Shown here: piece by piece, positions 61,445-64,000 of the stretch
How the letters are laid out: each line of letters opens with the position of its first letter
Position numbering within the stretch: the stretch's first letter is position 1
DNA from: Fistulifera solaris
Lineage: Eukaryota
NCBI GenBank assembly: GCA_030295235.1
Contig: AP026133.1
Coordinates: forward strand, 124,001 to 188,000
DNA length: 64,000 bases
Direction of reading: 5' to 3'
Notes under the pieces: generated by a model
Told to the model about the DNA's origin: nothing
The model's input: the letters and a program-made list of their open reading frames with translations, nothing else
The model's database searches: none
Position numbers and translations under genes: made by a program

Positions 61445-63624
61445 ATGAGGCGTTTATTACGGTGCGGCTTCTGCCCGCTCGTGCTTTTCTTCTTGCTGAC
61501 AGCCGTAAGCTGCTTTACAGAAATACGTTACAGGCAGCACCGAATCGTTGAATTGAAAGTAGCCGAGCAGCACGAGGCTTCATCCGCAGCAACTGCGTCG
61601 ATTCCATCTGACACAATCGTGACTCGGACAGGGGGAGGGGGGTCCGAGGAAGCAACAGTCGAAAAAGTAACGAAGAGTCCGAAACAACAACCAAAAACTT
61701 TGATTTCTGATCATCCTATATTGTCATTAGATCCCTCAAAAGGCTACAATGTCGTCTTGACCCATTCGACGGCCGATTTTGATTCACTCGCTTCCGCGGT
61801 CGGCTTGGCTAAACTATGGTCGGCCGAAGCTGTTCCTACTTCATCGGACGTCAAATCCTTTGACAGTGCTAGCCATGTACCCACCTACGTCGTTCTACCC
61901 CGTGGTGCTCATCCCTCCGTGCAACGCTTCCTTTCGCTGCACAAGCATTTGTTTCCCATTCGATCCTTAAAAGTCTCCCATCCCCCGCAGGTCGTCTCAA
62001 TCGGTTGGCATTGGTCGACGCTCAACGCAAAGAACGATTAATACCGGCCGAAGGCTTGTTGGAACACGCCAAGCGTATTACCGTCGTCGATCATCATGTC
62101 GATCAAGATTCCGATATCGCGGCCGATGATTATGTCGTCGACAAGGTTGGGAGTGTGACCACATTAATAGCCGAACGCTTGCAACAGCAACAAGTCTTAC
62201 TGACGGAAGCGGAAGCGACACTGCTGGCTTTGGGGATTCATGCCGATACGGGCAATTTGTGTTTTGACAATACGACACCCCGGGACGCCTACTCGTTGGC
62301 GTGGTGTTTGTCGCAGGGGGCGAGTCAAACGGCGATTGCCGAACACGTCAATTCACCGCTCAGTCCTGAGCAACAGAGTGTTTTGACGCGGGCGCTGTTG
62401 CACGTTAATACGACCGTTGTCAATGGCGTCACGATATCGACGGTACTGTTGCAAGCGGATGCTTTTATACAGGGCCTGGCGGCGGTGACACAAGATGCGT
62501 TGGAATTGAGCAGCAGTGATATTTTCTTGATGGGGTTAGTGTATGGATCCTCGAAGAGAAAAGATGATTTCTCTGTCTCGGTACAGGCTCTACTACCCTC
62601 CTTGTCACCACCCAATAAGGATGTTGCTCAAACGGAACAATTTTTACGTGATGCTTTTCGTGAGCGAGATTTAGACCAGTCTGGAGATTTGGATGCCAGG
62701 GAAATAAGTCGCGCCTTGAACCAAGCTGGAGTAGTGACCACTCCGTCACAAATTCAAAAGCTGGTCCGTGCTATGGATACCGATGGCGACGGCCAAGTAG
62801 ATTGTCAGGAATTCGTGGATTTTGTCATGGCGCAGCAGCAAAAGCAACAGCAGCAGACCAAGAAGAATCACATGATTGTGATTGGTCGTGTGAAAGCCAG
62901 TGCCAACTTGAAGGACGTGAAATTGAATCATCTGCTAGAACCGTTTGGAGGGGGCGGACACCCGAAAGCAGCCTCGGCCACGTTACGAGTCTTTGAGGAA
63001 ACCCAGGCCGCCGAGATTTTGCAATCGCTGGTCGACCAACTGGTGGAACACGCATTACCTGAACAAGCCACGGTAGCTGATTTCATGATGAGTCCAGTGT
63101 TGTCGGTGACCCCCGACATGACCGAAGTACAGGTAGAGCGCCTCTTTACACGCTTGGATGTCCGGGCCCTGCCGGTGGTCAATCCGACCGACAACACTGT
63201 CATTGGATTAGTCACTTACAAAGAAGTGGCTGCCGCGAAGCAACGGTTGTGGAATAAAGAACAGAAGCGTCAGCAACAAGAACAACAGGCTTTAGCAAAG
63301 GGTGCCTCACTTCCCGTGACGGATGAAAAGCAATTGCACACGACTGTCAAAGCATGGATGAAACAGCATTTTCAGACCGTCGAAGCGAGTGCGACGATGC
63401 AAGATGTGGAATTGATTTTGTTGGAAAACGACATCGGCTGTATACCGGTAGTTGAGACGGGGACTCAAACGTTGGTAGGAATGGTAACACGGACGGATTT
63501 GTTACGCCAACATCGCTATTACCCGTCTCTCCCGTACCACAACAAAGGCATGGCCGATTCGATTGCCGCCCGAAAACCCATAATTGAATTGCGGAAACGA
63601 CTGAAACAGTTCGATATTGAATGA
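61445..63624 (+). CDS. DHH/DHHA1 phosphoesterase with inserted EF-hand pair and C-terminal CBS pair, putatively plastid-targeted (missing A at 61969-61972)
   Basis: Signal + VSC-FTE; LTHSTADFDS, LVD, VVDHH (62089), GIHADTG and GGGGH (62947). EF loops DLDQSGDLDARE and DTDGDGQVDCQE. CBS motifs ALPVV...GLVT and CIPVV...GMVTRTDLL. Confidence 0.88.
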
Positions 63625-64000
63625 TAGAATTTTTCTCCGACCGATATGCGCCATGATCCCATCACTTAGTCTATTCCTGCAATTTACCAGCCATACTCCT
63701 GAAACGCTTGCTACGCGATGACCTTGATTCGAATAAGACTGCAGTAAAAACTATGCTAACACCGAAATCCAATGTCCACTAAAATAATGAAGCATAGATT
63801 ATTCTTGACGACCCGGATCATATGTCATCTTGCCAAGTTGATGACTCTAGAATTCCAGCAGGGTAATGGGTATCATGATACTGTAATCTTTTGTTATAAT
63901 TATTCTGCTTCTTTACTGTGCACCGTAATCACATTGATATTCCGATTGTGACAGAATTAAGGCCGCAATTAATCCATACAATCCCAAGTTGGACGCAAAT

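Noticed and set aside
1..64000. tRNA, rRNA or snRNA genes
   Set aside because: None recognised by eye; tRNAscan-SE/Infernal would be needed to exclude them.

Overview
Gene-dense eukaryotic nuclear DNA with short GT-AG introns, almost certainly from a diatom. The evidence is an Lhcx antenna gene, bipartite signal + ASAFAP-type plastid presequences and diatom-type expanded families; a pennate, Fistulifera-like source is my inference. About 30 genes are recognisable, including SHQ1, Lhcx, a class C GPCR, HSBP1 (missing from the ORF track), RBM39, PABPN1, ALB3, NAT10/KRE33, a signal-peptide-bearing proteasome alpha-like subunit, a DsbA/FrnE-like protein, an IBTK-like ankyrin-RCC1 protein, an NnrU/Z-ISO-like protein, an M3 peptidase, UbiE/MenG, three LEA-like hydrophilins and a DHH-EF-hand-CBS protein. 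Many genes are split by 1-bp indels in homopolymer runs, most likely assembly errors. Mobile and repetitive DNA comprises a 5'-truncated CRE-like non-LTR retrotransposon (poly(A), 15-bp TSD), a 1085-bp non-autonomous TIR element (53-bp TIRs, CAA TSD), five copies of an ~80-bp hairpin repeat, and GTACC(G) tracts. The most notable observations are (1) a probable selenocysteine (UPNG) DsbA/FrnE-like protein with a mitochondrial-type presequence, (2) a class C GPCR whose ectodomain is two bacterial ABC-type sugar-binding folds, (3) a putatively plastid-targeted DHH/DHHA1 phosphoesterase with an EF-hand pair inserted and a CBS pair, and (4) intergenic DNA built from many different 7-bp tandem duplications. 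All homology calls come from motif recognition; no searches were run.
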